Part shown: positions 52,062-61,886 of the stretch, one piece after another | How the letters are laid out: each line of letters opens with the position of its first letter | How positions within the stretch are numbered: the first letter of the stretch is position 1 | Source of the DNA: an uncultured Arcobacteraceae bacterium | Lineage (GTDB): Bacteria; Campylobacterota; Campylobacteria; Campylobacterales; Arcobacteraceae | Direction: 5' to 3' | Length of the DNA stretch: 64,000 nt | NCBI GenBank assembly: GCA_964022095.1 | Contig: CAXHZO010000003.1 | Span: 96,001 to 160,000 of the forward strand | Notes under the pieces: generated by a model | Database searches by the model: none | What the model was told of the DNA's origin: nothing | Seen by the model: only the letters and a program-made list of their open reading frames with translations | Position numbers and translations under genes: made by a program

Positions 52062-53105
52062 ATGGAATTTATATTAAATTTTTTACAAAACTTTTGGGAA
52101 CTATCAGTAATGATAGGATTATATGTTTTAATTGGATTAATTTTTGTAGGAATAATCCACCTATATATTTCAGAAGATTGGATTAAAAAACATTTAGGTG
52201 AAGATAATAAATATAGTGCTTTAAAAGGGGCATTATATGGTATTCCTCTTCCTCTTTGTTCTTGTGGTGTAATACCTTTGGCTACAAGTTTAAGACAAAA
52301 AGGTGCTTCTAAAAAAGCTGTGACAAGTTTTTATATTACTACTCCAATGACTGGAATTGATTCAATTATAGCTACATATGGAGTATTTGGTCTTCCAATG
52401 GCAATAATTAGAGTTATTTCAAGTTTCATTAGTGGAGTTGTTGCTGGTAGTTTTGTAAAAGAATCATATGATGACATTCAAGAAGAAGAGAAAAAGTCTT
52501 GTTGTAGTTCTTCTTGTTGTGGTTCTTCTTCTAATGAAGTAGTAAAAGAGAGTCAATTTAAAAAAGCATATGATTATGCAATGAATGAAGTTTTTAGTGA
52601 TTTAGCCAAACCAATGTTTTATGGGCTAATATTAGCAACTTTATTTTTACTTTTAATTCCAAATAATGGGGTTGAATTTTTAAATGATAATTTGTTTATC
52701 GCTTATGCATTAGTTTTTTTAGTTGCATTACCTTTATATGTATGCTCTATTTCAGCCATTCCTATTGCTTTATCAATGTTAGCAGTTGGAGTAAGTCCTG
52801 GAGTAGCTTTTATTTTTTTAGCAGCAGCACCAGCAACTAATATCATTACAGCAGGGATTATAAAGAAAATTCTTGGAAATGATGTCTTAATAATATATCT
52901 TATCTCAATTATTGTAGTCACTGTTTCATTTGCATTAATGATTGATTTTGCATTTCCAAAAGAATGGTTTGTTTATACATTAGATAGTTTAGAAAGTGAA
53001 TCAAAATCAATACTTGATATAGGTGGTGCTATTATATTTTTAGTCACTATGTTTTATTTTGTTGGTAAGCAATGGATTAAGTCTATATCTTCAAAAAAGA
53101 ATTAA
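52062..53105 (+). CDS. DUF318/ArsP-like permease (SO_0444-like metal efflux)
   Basis: GIPLPLCSCGVIP, LYVCS, PGVAFIFL..PATN, Cys-rich linker. Confidence 0.87.
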   Translation: MEFILNFLQNFWELSVMIGLYVLIGLIFVGIIHLYISEDWIKKHLGEDNKYSALKGALYGIPLPLCSCGVIPLATSLRQKGASKKAVTSFYITTPMTGIDSIIATYGVFGLPMAIIRVISSFISGVVAGSFVKESYDDIQEEEKKSCCSSSCCGSSSNEVVKESQFKKAYDYAMNEVFSDLAKPMFYGLILATLFLLLIPNNGVEFLNDNLFIAYALVFLVALPLYVCSISAIPIALSMLAVGVSPGVAFIFLAAAPATNIITAGIIKKILGNDVLIIYLISIIVVTVSFALMIDFAFPKEWFVYTLDSLESESKSILDIGGAIIFLVTMFYFVGKQWIKSISSKKN

Positions 53106-53107
53106 AG

Positions 53108-53130
53108 TAGCCATCTAAAAAAGATGGCTA
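53108..53130. terminator. Hairpin between permease and transposase
   Basis: TAGCCATCT-AAAAA-AGATGGCTA. Confidence 0.6.
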
Positions 53131-53144
53131 TTATACTTATAGTT

Positions 53145-54347
53145 TTAAATACTCAATTGATTATCTAACCTACCTTCAAAAAATATTGTAAGTTGAGAGA
53201 TTGTAAGAGACCAATTCCTAACTGGCATAGTCCATTTTTTATTTGCATTCTGAATTCCCATTTACAATAGTTTTAAAAGTGAATTTTCATTTGGAAAAGC
53301 TCCTTTAGTTTTAGTAAGCTTTCTAAATTGCCTATGTATTGATTCAATAATATTTGTAGTATAGATAATTCTTCTAATATCTTCAGGATATTTAAAATAG
53401 GCAGATAAGTTTTCCCACTTGTTTTTCCAAGATTGAATTACAATAGGGTATTTTTTACCCCACTTATTTTCAAGTTGAACTAATGCTTCTTCTGCTGATT
53501 CTTTTGAAATAGCTTGATAAATAAGTTTTAAATCTTTCATAAACTCTTTTTGGTTTTTTGAAGCAACATATCTAATTGAATTTCTAATTTGATGAACAAT
53601 ACATAGTTGTATTTCAGTATTAGGAAATATAGCATTTATAGCTTCTGGAAATCCTTTTAAACCATCTATTGAAGCAATAAGTATATCTTCTACTCCTCTA
53701 TTATTTAAATCAGTTAAAACCTGTAACCAAAAATTAGCTCCTTCATTTTCTGACAGATATAATCCTAATATCTCCTTTTTACCATTTAATCCAACTCCTA
53801 AAACAGTATAAACAGCTTTAGATATATATCTTCCATTATCTTTAATCTTATAGTGTATTGCATCAAGCCACACAAAGGGGTAGATTGATTCAAGTGGTCT
53901 TTGTTGCCATTCTTTTAATAATGGTATAACTTTATCAGTAACAGCACTTATTGTAGCTTTAGAAAAACTCATTCCATACATTTCTTCAATATGTTCAGAT
54001 ATTTGACTATAACTATTTCCTAAAGCATACAAAGATAGAATTTTTTGTTCTATATTATCTGACATATGAGTTTGATGTTTTTTAACTATTTGAGGCTCAT
54101 AAGAACCATTTCTATCTCTTGGAACATCAAGTTCAAATTCACCAACACTACTTTTCATAGTTTTAATAGATTTACCATTTTTTCTGTTTTTATTTATCTC
54201 AGAAGTTAAATGAGACTCAAGTTCAGCTTGTAATACAGCTTCTGTAAGTTGTTTAATAAGAGGAGCTAAGACTCCATCTTTACCATCTATTTTTGAACCT
54301 GCTTTTATTTGTTCAAGTGCTTCATTTAAATCAAATGTTTGATTCAT
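53145..54347 (-). pseudogene. IS256-family transposase with premature in-frame stop at 53262-64
   Basis: PRDR, WLDA, SIDGLKG, QLCIVHQ, YTTNIIES; frame continues past TAA as MGIQNANKKWTMP..EGRLDNQLSI*. Confidence 0.88.
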
Positions 54348-54406
54348 TGTTCAATCCTTTAGAATTATAAATTCTATCAGACTGACACAAAATTTCTAAC
54401 ACTCCC

Positions 54407-54873
54407 TTAATAGATTCAACAATGTCTCCAGTTTCTTTTATATTTTTAGTAAAATATTCATTAAATAAATCGATATTGTCTGTTGATGCAATACTGAAAG
54501 CAATTCCACCATCAATTTTAGGTTCATATTGAATTGTACTTTCTCCTGAATTATTTTTTTGCCAAATAAAGAATTCATTAAATTCATTAACTCCAATAAT
54601 ATTTACTGTATTAGTAATTTCAGTTTGTTTAAATAATTTGTCAGATTCTTTTATTAAGTCATTACTAACTTCATATGAGGATTTAATTTTTTCTACTAAT
54701 TCTAAACCTTCTTTTGTTTTTCCTGTTATTCCAATATATCCAGATTTAGTTTCATTTAATCGAAAAATTTTTTGAAAATTATCACTTAGTACTGAACCAT
54801 CTTCATTACAAATTCTTTTATCTGAAGCCATAAATACACTACCATTTATTAATACAGAAATGACAATACTCAT
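54407..54873 (-). pseudogene. 5' part of IS-interrupted Ntn-hydrolase/proteasome-beta-like gene
   Basis: MSIVISV...GSVFMASDKR..QKIF.L..IGITG; the ORF-track C-terminus is IS-derived. Confidence 0.7.
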
Positions 54874-54934
54874 TAAATCTCCTTATAAATAATTCTTTTT
54901 ATTATATCATGAAAAAAAGGTGATAGGAACCTTT

Positions 54935-55243
54935 TCATTCAAACCCATAAATCAAAAAATCAATAGAGTTTTTTATCTCTTCTTTTTCATTTTCTAAACT
55001 TATAACTTTTTGTTTTAATTCACTTATCACTACTGCACCCATTTGGGCAGTTGTTAGATATACTTTTTCATCATTTATTATAAACTCTTTTGTTAGTCCT
55101 TGTACACCTTTTAAATCTCTAACTAAAGGTATTACAACTCTTGTATTTAATGATTTTAAAATATCATTTTGAACATCTAGTAAGTATGGTACTCTTTGAT
55201 TTGTTTGATTATTTTCATTTATATATACATCAAATTGAGCCAT
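54935..55243 (-). CDS. ccdB: CcdB family toxin
   Basis: MAQFDVY.N, PYLLDVQ, TRVVIPL, IDFLIYGF. Confidence 0.92.
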   Translation of the reverse strand: MAQFDVYINENNQTNQRVPYLLDVQNDILKSLNTRVVIPLVRDLKGVQGLTKEFIINDEKVYLTTAQMGAVVISELKQKVISLENEKEEIKNSIDFLIYGFE

Positions 55244-55485
55244 TAAAACATCCTAGAACTTTTTAAAATAAGTCCATCTTCTTCTACCATTTTATTATAT
55301 GAGTTTATTGCTTCTTTATTTTCTTTTTCCCATGCTTTTATTTTCTCTTCTTTTGAGCTGATATTTAGGTATGAGTTCAAAGCTTCTCTAATGATTTGTG
55401 TTTTCTTTTTGCCACTTTTTAAAGCTTCATTATCAAGTGATGCTAATAATTCTTCTTCCAGTGTAATAGTCATTTTTCTAGTCAT
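55243..55485 (-). CDS. ccdA: CcdA family antitoxin (RHH)
   Basis: RHH MTITLEEELL..IIREAL; WEKENKEAINSYN; overlaps ccdB start. Confidence 0.88.
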   Translation of the reverse strand: MTRKMTITLEEELLASLDNEALKSGKKKTQIIREALNSYLNISSKEEKIKAWEKENKEAINSYNKMVEEDGLILKSSRMF

Positions 55486-55863
55486 GAAAACTCCTTTACC
55501 ATATTTTACCATACTTTGTACTTCAGTCCAAATAGACTACTTCATAAAATGAAATAAAAGGTATAAAAATATTTTCGATTTTTAATATTAAGTCATTTTA
55601 TTGAACTATATTTAAGATATATAACATTATGTATTTCATACATTTTAAATTATAGGTATTCTTAATAACTTATATATTACTTCAACAAATAACCACATTA
55701 TATTATTATTAAAATTATAAAATTACATGTTGTAGGGCTATTTACAAATTATAAAATATCTGATATAGTTCCATTATGTAAAATAATAATTTTAATTAGG
55801 GAGTTATTATTTGTTTTGTACTTATTTTTATAAGGAATATAGATAAATCAAAAAGGATAAATA

Positions 55864-56748
55864 ATGAAAAATATTAGTTTATTTTTAGTAATTTTTATTA
55901 CTACTGTATTTTTTACTGGTTGTGTACCAACTGAAAAGAGAGTTATTGAAAAATCTCCAAAATTTACTGAGGTAAATGTTATTGACAATGGATGTGGAAC
56001 ACAATTAAATGAAGCTTCTGATTTAGCATTCAATGACAAGGATAATATTCTTTATATAGTAGGAGATAAAGGGAAGTTTTATAAATGTAGTGTGGATTTA
56101 AAAGAAGATTCAATTACTTTAGATTTTATTTCTTCTGAATCAATTATTCATGATTTTGCATCTGTTGATGCTGAAGGTTTAAGTATGAATTCACAAACAA
56201 ATGAATTGATACTTTCAACAGAAGGTAATGATGGAAATATCTATCCTTTAAGTAAATATGGTGTAATAAATGGAAAATATGAATTACCTGACATTTTAAA
56301 AGATGCAAGTTATAAAAGTGCTAATAAAAAATTTGAAGCACTAACATATCATAATGACTTAGGTACTTTAACTGCAGTTGAACAACCAATAAATGGAATA
56401 AAAAATATTGATCAAACTATATATAATATGCATGGTGATTCTTGGAGTTTCAAAGCTGAGAACTATAGAGAGGCTTCAGTAACTGCAATAGAAACAACAA
56501 GTGATGGAAACTTATTAGTTTTAGAAAGAGCAGTATATAAATCAGTAAATTTTTATATAACAATAAAAAAACTAATCCTTAATGAAGAATGTAAAAATAA
56601 AAGTGTTTGTAGTGATGAGGTTTTATATAAAGCTTTCTGGGAAGGTGGAAACTTTGAAGGAATGACAAAAATAAATGACACTTACTTGATTGTAAATGAT
56701 GGACAAGCTCGATTTGATAGCGTATTTAAAGCCTTTAAAATTGATTGA
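55864..56748 (+). CDS. Beta-propeller lipoprotein (esterase-like phytase / SdiA-regulated-like)
   Basis: Lipobox FTGC, EASDL, DAEGL, FEAL, LVLER, NFEGM repeats. Confidence 0.72.
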   Translation: MKNISLFLVIFITTVFFTGCVPTEKRVIEKSPKFTEVNVIDNGCGTQLNEASDLAFNDKDNILYIVGDKGKFYKCSVDLKEDSITLDFISSESIIHDFASVDAEGLSMNSQTNELILSTEGNDGNIYPLSKYGVINGKYELPDILKDASYKSANKKFEALTYHNDLGTLTAVEQPINGIKNIDQTIYNMHGDSWSFKAENYREASVTAIETTSDGNLLVLERAVYKSVNFYITIKKLILNEECKNKSVCSDEVLYKAFWEGGNFEGMTKINDTYLIVNDGQARFDSVFKAFKID

Positions 56749-56773
56749 AAATAAATTCTATTTCCTTTAAAAG

Positions 56774-56811
56774 AAGAAGTTAAAAACTCTATTGAGTTTT
56801 GACTTCTTTTT
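56774..56811 (+). terminator. Intrinsic terminator
   Basis: AAGAAGTTAAAAACTC-TATT-GAGTTTTGACTTCTT followed by T run. Confidence 0.6.
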
Positions 56812-56882
56812 TATACTTTGTTGCTTTAGTGTTGCTTCCATAAGACAATTTATCAAAAAATGACTATTTACACTCTTTTATT

Positions 56883-56899
56883 TGTATACTTTATATACA
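56883..56899. promoter_or_regulatory. 17-bp palindrome upstream of ureD
   Basis: TGTATA-CTTTA-TATACA, 16/17 identical to the urtA box. Confidence 0.65.
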
Positions 56900-56969
56900 G
56901 GTGAAGAAAAAATAGGCTAATCATTTTTGTTAAAATTATTAACAATTAATTACAGAATATAGGAAAAAT

Positions 56970-57719
56970 ATGAGTATATCATTCAATTTTAAAGATGATA
57001 AATTTAGTTTAGATAAATTAAACTTACCATCTCGTCACTACTATTTTAACGATGATGAAAACTATATAAAGTTGTTAAATATTGGTGAAGGGATTTTTCC
57101 TAAAGATAGAGTAAAAAACTCATTTAGTTTAATTAACTCAAATCTTATTATTACAACAGAATCAGCTACAAAAATCTATCCATCAAAAAAAGAGTATGGA
57201 ATAAACTCAATAAAAATCAATCTAGAAAATTCAAATTTAGAGTTTATAAATGATGAATTGATTTTATATAAAGACTCAAAATTTATTCAAACTTTCAGAA
57301 TGAGTTTTGATGAAAAATCAACATTTTTTTATACAGATATTTTAAGTAGTGGTAGAAGTTTTGAAAATTTTGACTTCTCCTCAATGCTAATTAAAAACTC
57401 TTTTTATGAAAACAAAGATTTAGAGTATTGTGAAAAGTTTGAAATACAAGGTGATGAGTTAAAATATTATATTGAAAGAAAATCTTCTTTAAATAAAATA
57501 TTTGCAAAGATCTATATCAAAGCCCAAAATAGTGATGAGTTTATGAATATTTTATATAAAGAGGATTTTGAAAGTTTTACATTTAGTAAAAGTAAAAAAA
57601 TTATTATTGGAGTAATTAGTTCAAATAGCATGTATGAACTAAAAGACAAAATCTTTAAAGTATGGGAACTATACAGAACACAATTAAACAAATCAAAATT
57701 TGTTTTAGGAAAACAATAA
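56970..57719 (+). CDS. ureD: Urease accessory protein UreD/UreH
   Basis: GEGIF..D, TTESATKIY, DIL.SGR; first gene of ure cluster. Confidence 0.85.
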   Translation: MSISFNFKDDKFSLDKLNLPSRHYYFNDDENYIKLLNIGEGIFPKDRVKNSFSLINSNLIITTESATKIYPSKKEYGINSIKINLENSNLEFINDELILYKDSKFIQTFRMSFDEKSTFFYTDILSSGRSFENFDFSSMLIKNSFYENKDLEYCEKFEIQGDELKYYIERKSSLNKIFAKIYIKAQNSDEFMNILYKEDFESFTFSKSKKIIIGVISSNSMYELKDKIFKVWELYRTQLNKSKFVLGKQ

Positions 57720-57743
57720 AAATCTAAAGGAGGCATTAACCAT

Positions 57744-58421
57744 ATGTTTTTAACAAATAGAGAACAAGAGAAGCTACTTATTTATACTGCTTCAAAACTT
57801 GCATTAGAAAGGAAAGATAGAGGTTTACAACTAAACTATCCAGAAGCCGTTGCAATTTTAAGTTCATATATACTTGAAGGTGCAAGAGATGGCAAAAGTG
57901 TAGCTCAACTTATGGTAGATGCTACAAAAGTATTAAAAGAAAATGACGTTCTTCCTGGCGTTGCATCTATGATGCATATGGTTCAAGTTGAAGCTACTTT
58001 TAATGATGGCACCAAACTAGTAACTGTTCATGACCCAATTCCTTATGATAAAAATGATATTGCTCCTGGTGAGTATTTTATAAGTGATGGAGAAATCAAC
58101 TTAAATGATTCAAGTGAAATTACAGTGATTGAAGTTGAAAACTGTGGAGATAGACCGGTTCAAATAGGTTCTCACTATCACTTCTTTGAAGTAAACAAAG
58201 AATTGAATTTCAATAGAGAGCAAGCTTATGGAAAAAGATTAGATATTCCAGCTGGAACTTCTGTTAGATTTGAACCAGGTAGTAAAAAAAGTATTGACTT
58301 AATAAATTTTACAGGTAAGCGGTATATGAGTGGATTTAATGGTTTAGTTGAAGGTTTTTTAGATGATGTTGAAACTAAAACAAACGCAATGAAAAATTTA
58401 AAAATGTTTTTAGGAGAATAG
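57744..58421 (+). CDS. ureA: Urease gamma/beta fusion subunit
   Basis: [39 protein letters not shown]. Confidence 0.96.
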   Translation: MFLTNREQEKLLIYTASKLALERKDRGLQLNYPEAVAILSSYILEGARDGKSVAQLMVDATKVLKENDVLPGVASMMHMVQVEATFNDGTKLVTVHDPIPYDKNDIAPGEYFISDGEINLNDSSEITVIEVENCGDRPVQIGSHYHFFEVNKELNFNREQAYGKRLDIPAGTSVRFEPGSKKSIDLINFTGKRYMSGFNGLVEGFLDDVETKTNAMKNLKMFLGE

Positions 58422-58423
58422 TG

Positions 58424-60124
58424 ATGAAAATATCAAAACAAAAATATGCATCAATGTATGGACCAACAACTGGTGATAGATTTAGACTTGCAGATACTTC
58501 ACTTATCGCTAAAATAGAAAAAGATTATACAACATATGGTGAAGAGAGTAAGTTTGGTGGTGGTAAGACTATTAGAGATGGTATGGCTCAAAGTCCAACT
58601 GCAACAATTGTAGCAGATCTTATTATTACAAATGCAGTAATTATAGATTATACTGGTATTTATAAAGCTGATATTGGTATCAAAGATGGTGTTATCAGTG
58701 CTATTGGAAAATCAGGAAATCCAAATCTTTGTGATGGAATCACTGAAGGTTTAGAAATTGGAGCAAATACTGAAATTCTTTCAGCTGAGGGGAAAATCAT
58801 CACTGCTGGTGGGATTGATTCACATATTCACTTTATAAGTCCTGGTCAAATTGATGAGGCTTTAAGTAGTGGAGTTACTACTATGGTAGGAGGAGGAACT
58901 GGTCCAAATACTGGTACAAATGCTACTACTTGTACACCAGGAGAGTGGAATATAGGAAAAATGATTCAAAGTGTTGATGATATTCCTATGAACTTTGGTT
59001 TTATGGGTAAAGGAAATAGTTCATCTTATGAAGCTCTTAAAATGCAAATAAAAGCAGGAGCAATGGGACTTAAACTTCACGAAGACTGGGGAAGTACACC
59101 AAATGCAATTGATACTTGTCTAAAAGTTGCAGATGATTTTGATGTGCAAGTTGCAATTCATACAGATACTTTAAATGAGTCAGGATTTGTTGATAACACA
59201 GTTGATAGTTTTAAAAATAGAACTATTCACACATTCCACTCAGAAGGTGCGGGTGGTGGTCATGCACCTGATATTATGAAAGTTGCAGGATTGGCAAATA
59301 TTTTACCATCAAGTACTAATCCAACTTTACCATATACAAAAAATACTATTGAAGAGCACCTTGATATGCTTATGGTTTGTCACCACTTAAGTCCAAAGAT
59401 TCCAGAGGATGTAAGTTTTGCAGAATCTAGAATTAGAGGAAATACAATTGCAGCTGAAGATGTACTTCATGATATTGGTGCTATTAGTATTACTAGTAGT
59501 GATTCTCAAGCTATGGGTAGAGTTGGTGAAGTAGTTATCAGAACTTGGCAAGTTGCAGATTCTATGAAACAACAAAGAGGTTCATTAGAATCTGATGAAG
59601 CTAATAATGATAATGAAAGAATCAAAAGGTATGTTGCAAAATATACTATAAACCCTGCAATTGCTTGTGGTATTGATAATCATGTTGGTAGTGTAGAAGT
59701 TGGTAAGATGGCTGACTTAGTTTTATGGACTCCAGCATTTTTTGGAGTTAAACCTGAGATTGTATTAAAAGGTGGATTTATAGCTTTAGCAATGATGGGA
59801 GATTCAAATGCTTCGATACCAACTCCAGAACCAAATATGTATAGACCTATGTTTGGAAGTTTAGGAAAAGCAAGTGCTAAAACAAGTGCAATTTTCACTT
59901 CAAAAGTAGCAAGTGGAGATTTAAAAGAGAAACTTGGAATTGATAAAAAAGTATTACCAGTTAAAAATACAAGAGATATTGGTAAAAAAGATATGAAATT
60001 AAATGATTTCATAGGAGATATTCAAGTTGATCCAGAAACTTATGATGTAACTGTAAATGGAGAGTTAATTACTTCAAACTATGTTGAAACAGTGCCAATG
60101 GCTAAAAAATACTTTTTATTTTAG
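58424..60124 (+). CDS. ureC: Urease alpha (catalytic) subunit
   Basis: [37 protein letters not shown]. Confidence 0.98.
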   Translation: MKISKQKYASMYGPTTGDRFRLADTSLIAKIEKDYTTYGEESKFGGGKTIRDGMAQSPTATIVADLIITNAVIIDYTGIYKADIGIKDGVISAIGKSGNPNLCDGITEGLEIGANTEILSAEGKIITAGGIDSHIHFISPGQIDEALSSGVTTMVGGGTGPNTGTNATTCTPGEWNIGKMIQSVDDIPMNFGFMGKGNSSSYEALKMQIKAGAMGLKLHEDWGSTPNAIDTCLKVADDFDVQVAIHTDTLNESGFVDNTVDSFKNRTIHTFHSEGAGGGHAPDIMKVAGLANILPSSTNPTLPYTKNTIEEHLDMLMVCHHLSPKIPEDVSFAESRIRGNTIAAEDVLHDIGAISITSSDSQAMGRVGEVVIRTWQVADSMKQQRGSLESDEANNDNERIKRYVAKYTINPAIACGIDNHVGSVEVGKMADLVLWTPAFFGVKPEIVLKGGFIALAMMGDSNASIPTPEPNMYRPMFGSLGKASAKTSAIFTSKVASGDLKEKLGIDKKVLPVKNTRDIGKKDMKLNDFIGDIQVDPETYDVTVNGELITSNYVETVPMAKKYFLF

Positions 60125-60132
60125 GAGAAAAT

Positions 60133-60579
60133 GTGAGTGCAAATAATATTAAAAAAATGGTTGAAATAAAAAGAGATATTCCATTTGATGATGAGGTTGA
60201 GTTATCATGGTTTGATATGCAAAAACCAAATTTAACTGCTGTTTCAAAAGAGGGCGTAAATTTTATTATGAAAGTGAAGTTTACACATCTTCATGAAAAT
60301 GATGTTTTATCTGATGAATCTGGATATGCGATAAAAGTTAGTAAAAGTGAAGATGAGATTTTTACTTTAGAGTTTAATGATGCATTAACTTTTGCAAAAA
60401 CAGCTTATGAAATAGGAAATCGTCATCAACCAGTTATGATTGAAGATTTTAAAATTACAGTTTTAGATGATATTTCTTTAAGTGATATTATCAAAGACTG
60501 TTATTCAAATGATGCAATAAAAGTTGAAAAAACAAAAGGGTACTTTAAACCAAATGGTAAAGCACATCACTCACACTAA
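60133..60579 (+). CDS. ureE: Urease accessory protein UreE
   Basis: AYEIGNRH, short C-terminal HHSH. Confidence 0.92.
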   Translation: MSANNIKKMVEIKRDIPFDDEVELSWFDMQKPNLTAVSKEGVNFIMKVKFTHLHENDVLSDESGYAIKVSKSEDEIFTLEFNDALTFAKTAYEIGNRHQPVMIEDFKITVLDDISLSDIIKDCYSNDAIKVEKTKGYFKPNGKAHHSH

Positions 60580-61270
60580 TTCTTTTACAAAATCGAACCT
60601 AAAAAGTCTTAGTCGATTTTTACAAATCCTTGATGGAAGTTTTCCATCGGGTGTTTTTGTTCACTCTTTTGGACTTGAACCTCATGTTATAAAAGAAGAA
60701 GTAAATAATATAAAAAGTTTAAAAGTCTATCTAGAGAATTTAATAATAGATCAATATTCTCAAATGGAGTTTGTTTATATTAAAAAAGTTTATAAAGCAC
60801 TAGAAGATAATAAATTATCAATTATAAAAAGATTAGATAAAAATTATGGAGCATATTTAACTTATGAGTATGCAAAAGCTTCAAAAGATATAGGCCAAAA
60901 TTATTATGCACAAATAAAAAACTTACCTACAAGTGACATTGTAAAACAGTATTTTAAAACAATTGATCAAAAAAAGTGTGAAGCAAATGAAATTATAGTT
61001 TTATCTTGTTTATCTTATGATTTAGATATTAGCTTAGAAGATTTTATAGTGATGTGGACAAAGAAAAATCTTATAAATATAGCAGTTACAACTCTAAAAA
61101 TATCAAGAATAAAACCAAGTGAGATACAACAAATGTTATTTGAATTTGATGATATTTTACAAAACTATGGTTTTGTAAATATTAATGAAAAAATTACAAA
61201 TTTCAATCCACTTTTTGAAGAAGTGATTTTCTCACATAGAAATTTAGAACCAAAAATGTTCGCAACTTAA
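60554..61270 (+). CDS. ureF: Urease accessory protein UreF (start uncertain)
   Basis: DGSFPSGVFVHSFGLE, C-terminal H..L..KMFAT. Confidence 0.92.
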   Translation: MVKHITHTNSFTKSNLKSLSRFLQILDGSFPSGVFVHSFGLEPHVIKEEVNNIKSLKVYLENLIIDQYSQMEFVYIKKVYKALEDNKLSIIKRLDKNYGAYLTYEYAKASKDIGQNYYAQIKNLPTSDIVKQYFKTIDQKKCEANEIIVLSCLSYDLDISLEDFIVMWTKKNLINIAVTTLKISRIKPSEIQQMLFEFDDILQNYGFVNINEKITNFNPLFEEVIFSHRNLEPKMFAT

Positions 61271-61282
61271 AGGAAGAAAAAA

Positions 61283-61870
61283 ATGGCATTAAAAATAGGA
61301 ATTGCAGGACCTGTAGGAAGTGGTAAAACCTCACTAATTGAGTCTTTAACAAACTTACTAAAAGATAAGTATTCTTTAGGAATAGTAACAAATGATATAT
61401 ATACAACTGAAGATGCAAATTATCTTAAAAAAACACTAGACCTAGATGAAGATAGAATCTTAGGTGTTGAAACTGGAGGTTGTCCACATACAGCAATTCG
61501 TGATGATATCTCCATGAATCAAAAAGCAGTAGTAGAACTAGAAGAAAAGTTCAATCCTGATATTGTATTTGTTGAAAGTGGTGGAGATAATCTTAGTGCG
61601 ACTTTTTCTTATGAGTTAATTGATTATTATGTATATGTTATTGATGTTGCACAGGGTGCTGATATTCCTAGAAAAAAAGGTGCAGGGCTATTGTTTAGTG
61701 ATTTACTAATAGTGAATAAAACTGACCTTGCACCTTATGTTGATATTGATTTAGCTGATATGGAAAATGATGTGAAAAATAGTAGAAAAAGTAAACCTTA
61801 TGTGTTTATCTCTAAAAAGCAACCTAATAGTTTAAATGGAGTTGTAAACTGGATTGAAGCACTAATTTAA
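61283..61870 (+). CDS. ureG: Urease accessory GTPase UreG
   Basis: GPVGSGKT, ETGGCPHTAIR, ESGGDNL, NKTD. Confidence 0.97.
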   Translation: MALKIGIAGPVGSGKTSLIESLTNLLKDKYSLGIVTNDIYTTEDANYLKKTLDLDEDRILGVETGGCPHTAIRDDISMNQKAVVELEEKFNPDIVFVESGGDNLSATFSYELIDYYVYVIDVAQGADIPRKKGAGLLFSDLLIVNKTDLAPYVDIDLADMENDVKNSRKSKPYVFISKKQPNSLNGVVNWIEALI

Positions 61871-61886
61871 TAAAAAAGTATAGAGT

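Larger units (their letters stand above)
51544..54406 (-). mobile_element. IS256-family element carrying passenger genes (2863 bp)
   Basis: Imperfect terminal IRs GAGACTGTTTAGAGTTTTGTGTCA / GGGAGTGTTAGAAATTTTGTGTCA (18/24); TTAATAGA direct repeat at 51536-43 and 54407-14. Confidence 0.9.

Noticed and set aside
54331-54406. C-terminus GVLEILCQSDR...ESNI of the 180-aa ORF
   Set aside because: Read-through into the IS256 inverted repeat; the native end lies at 51543-51457
55513-55863. 350-bp AT-rich intergenic stretch as ncRNA or gene remnant
   Set aside because: No stable structure, repeat or convincing reading frame seen; consistent with divergent promoters
57744-58421. Gamma-beta urease fusion as unusual
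   Set aside because: Standard two-subunit urease architecture of Helicobacter and relatives
1023-61418. Short antisense or alternate-frame ORFs in the track (e.g. 1023-1220, 8079-8297, 44009-44293, 59680-60012)
   Set aside because: They overlap well-supported genes and show no recognisable motifs; treated as shadow ORFs
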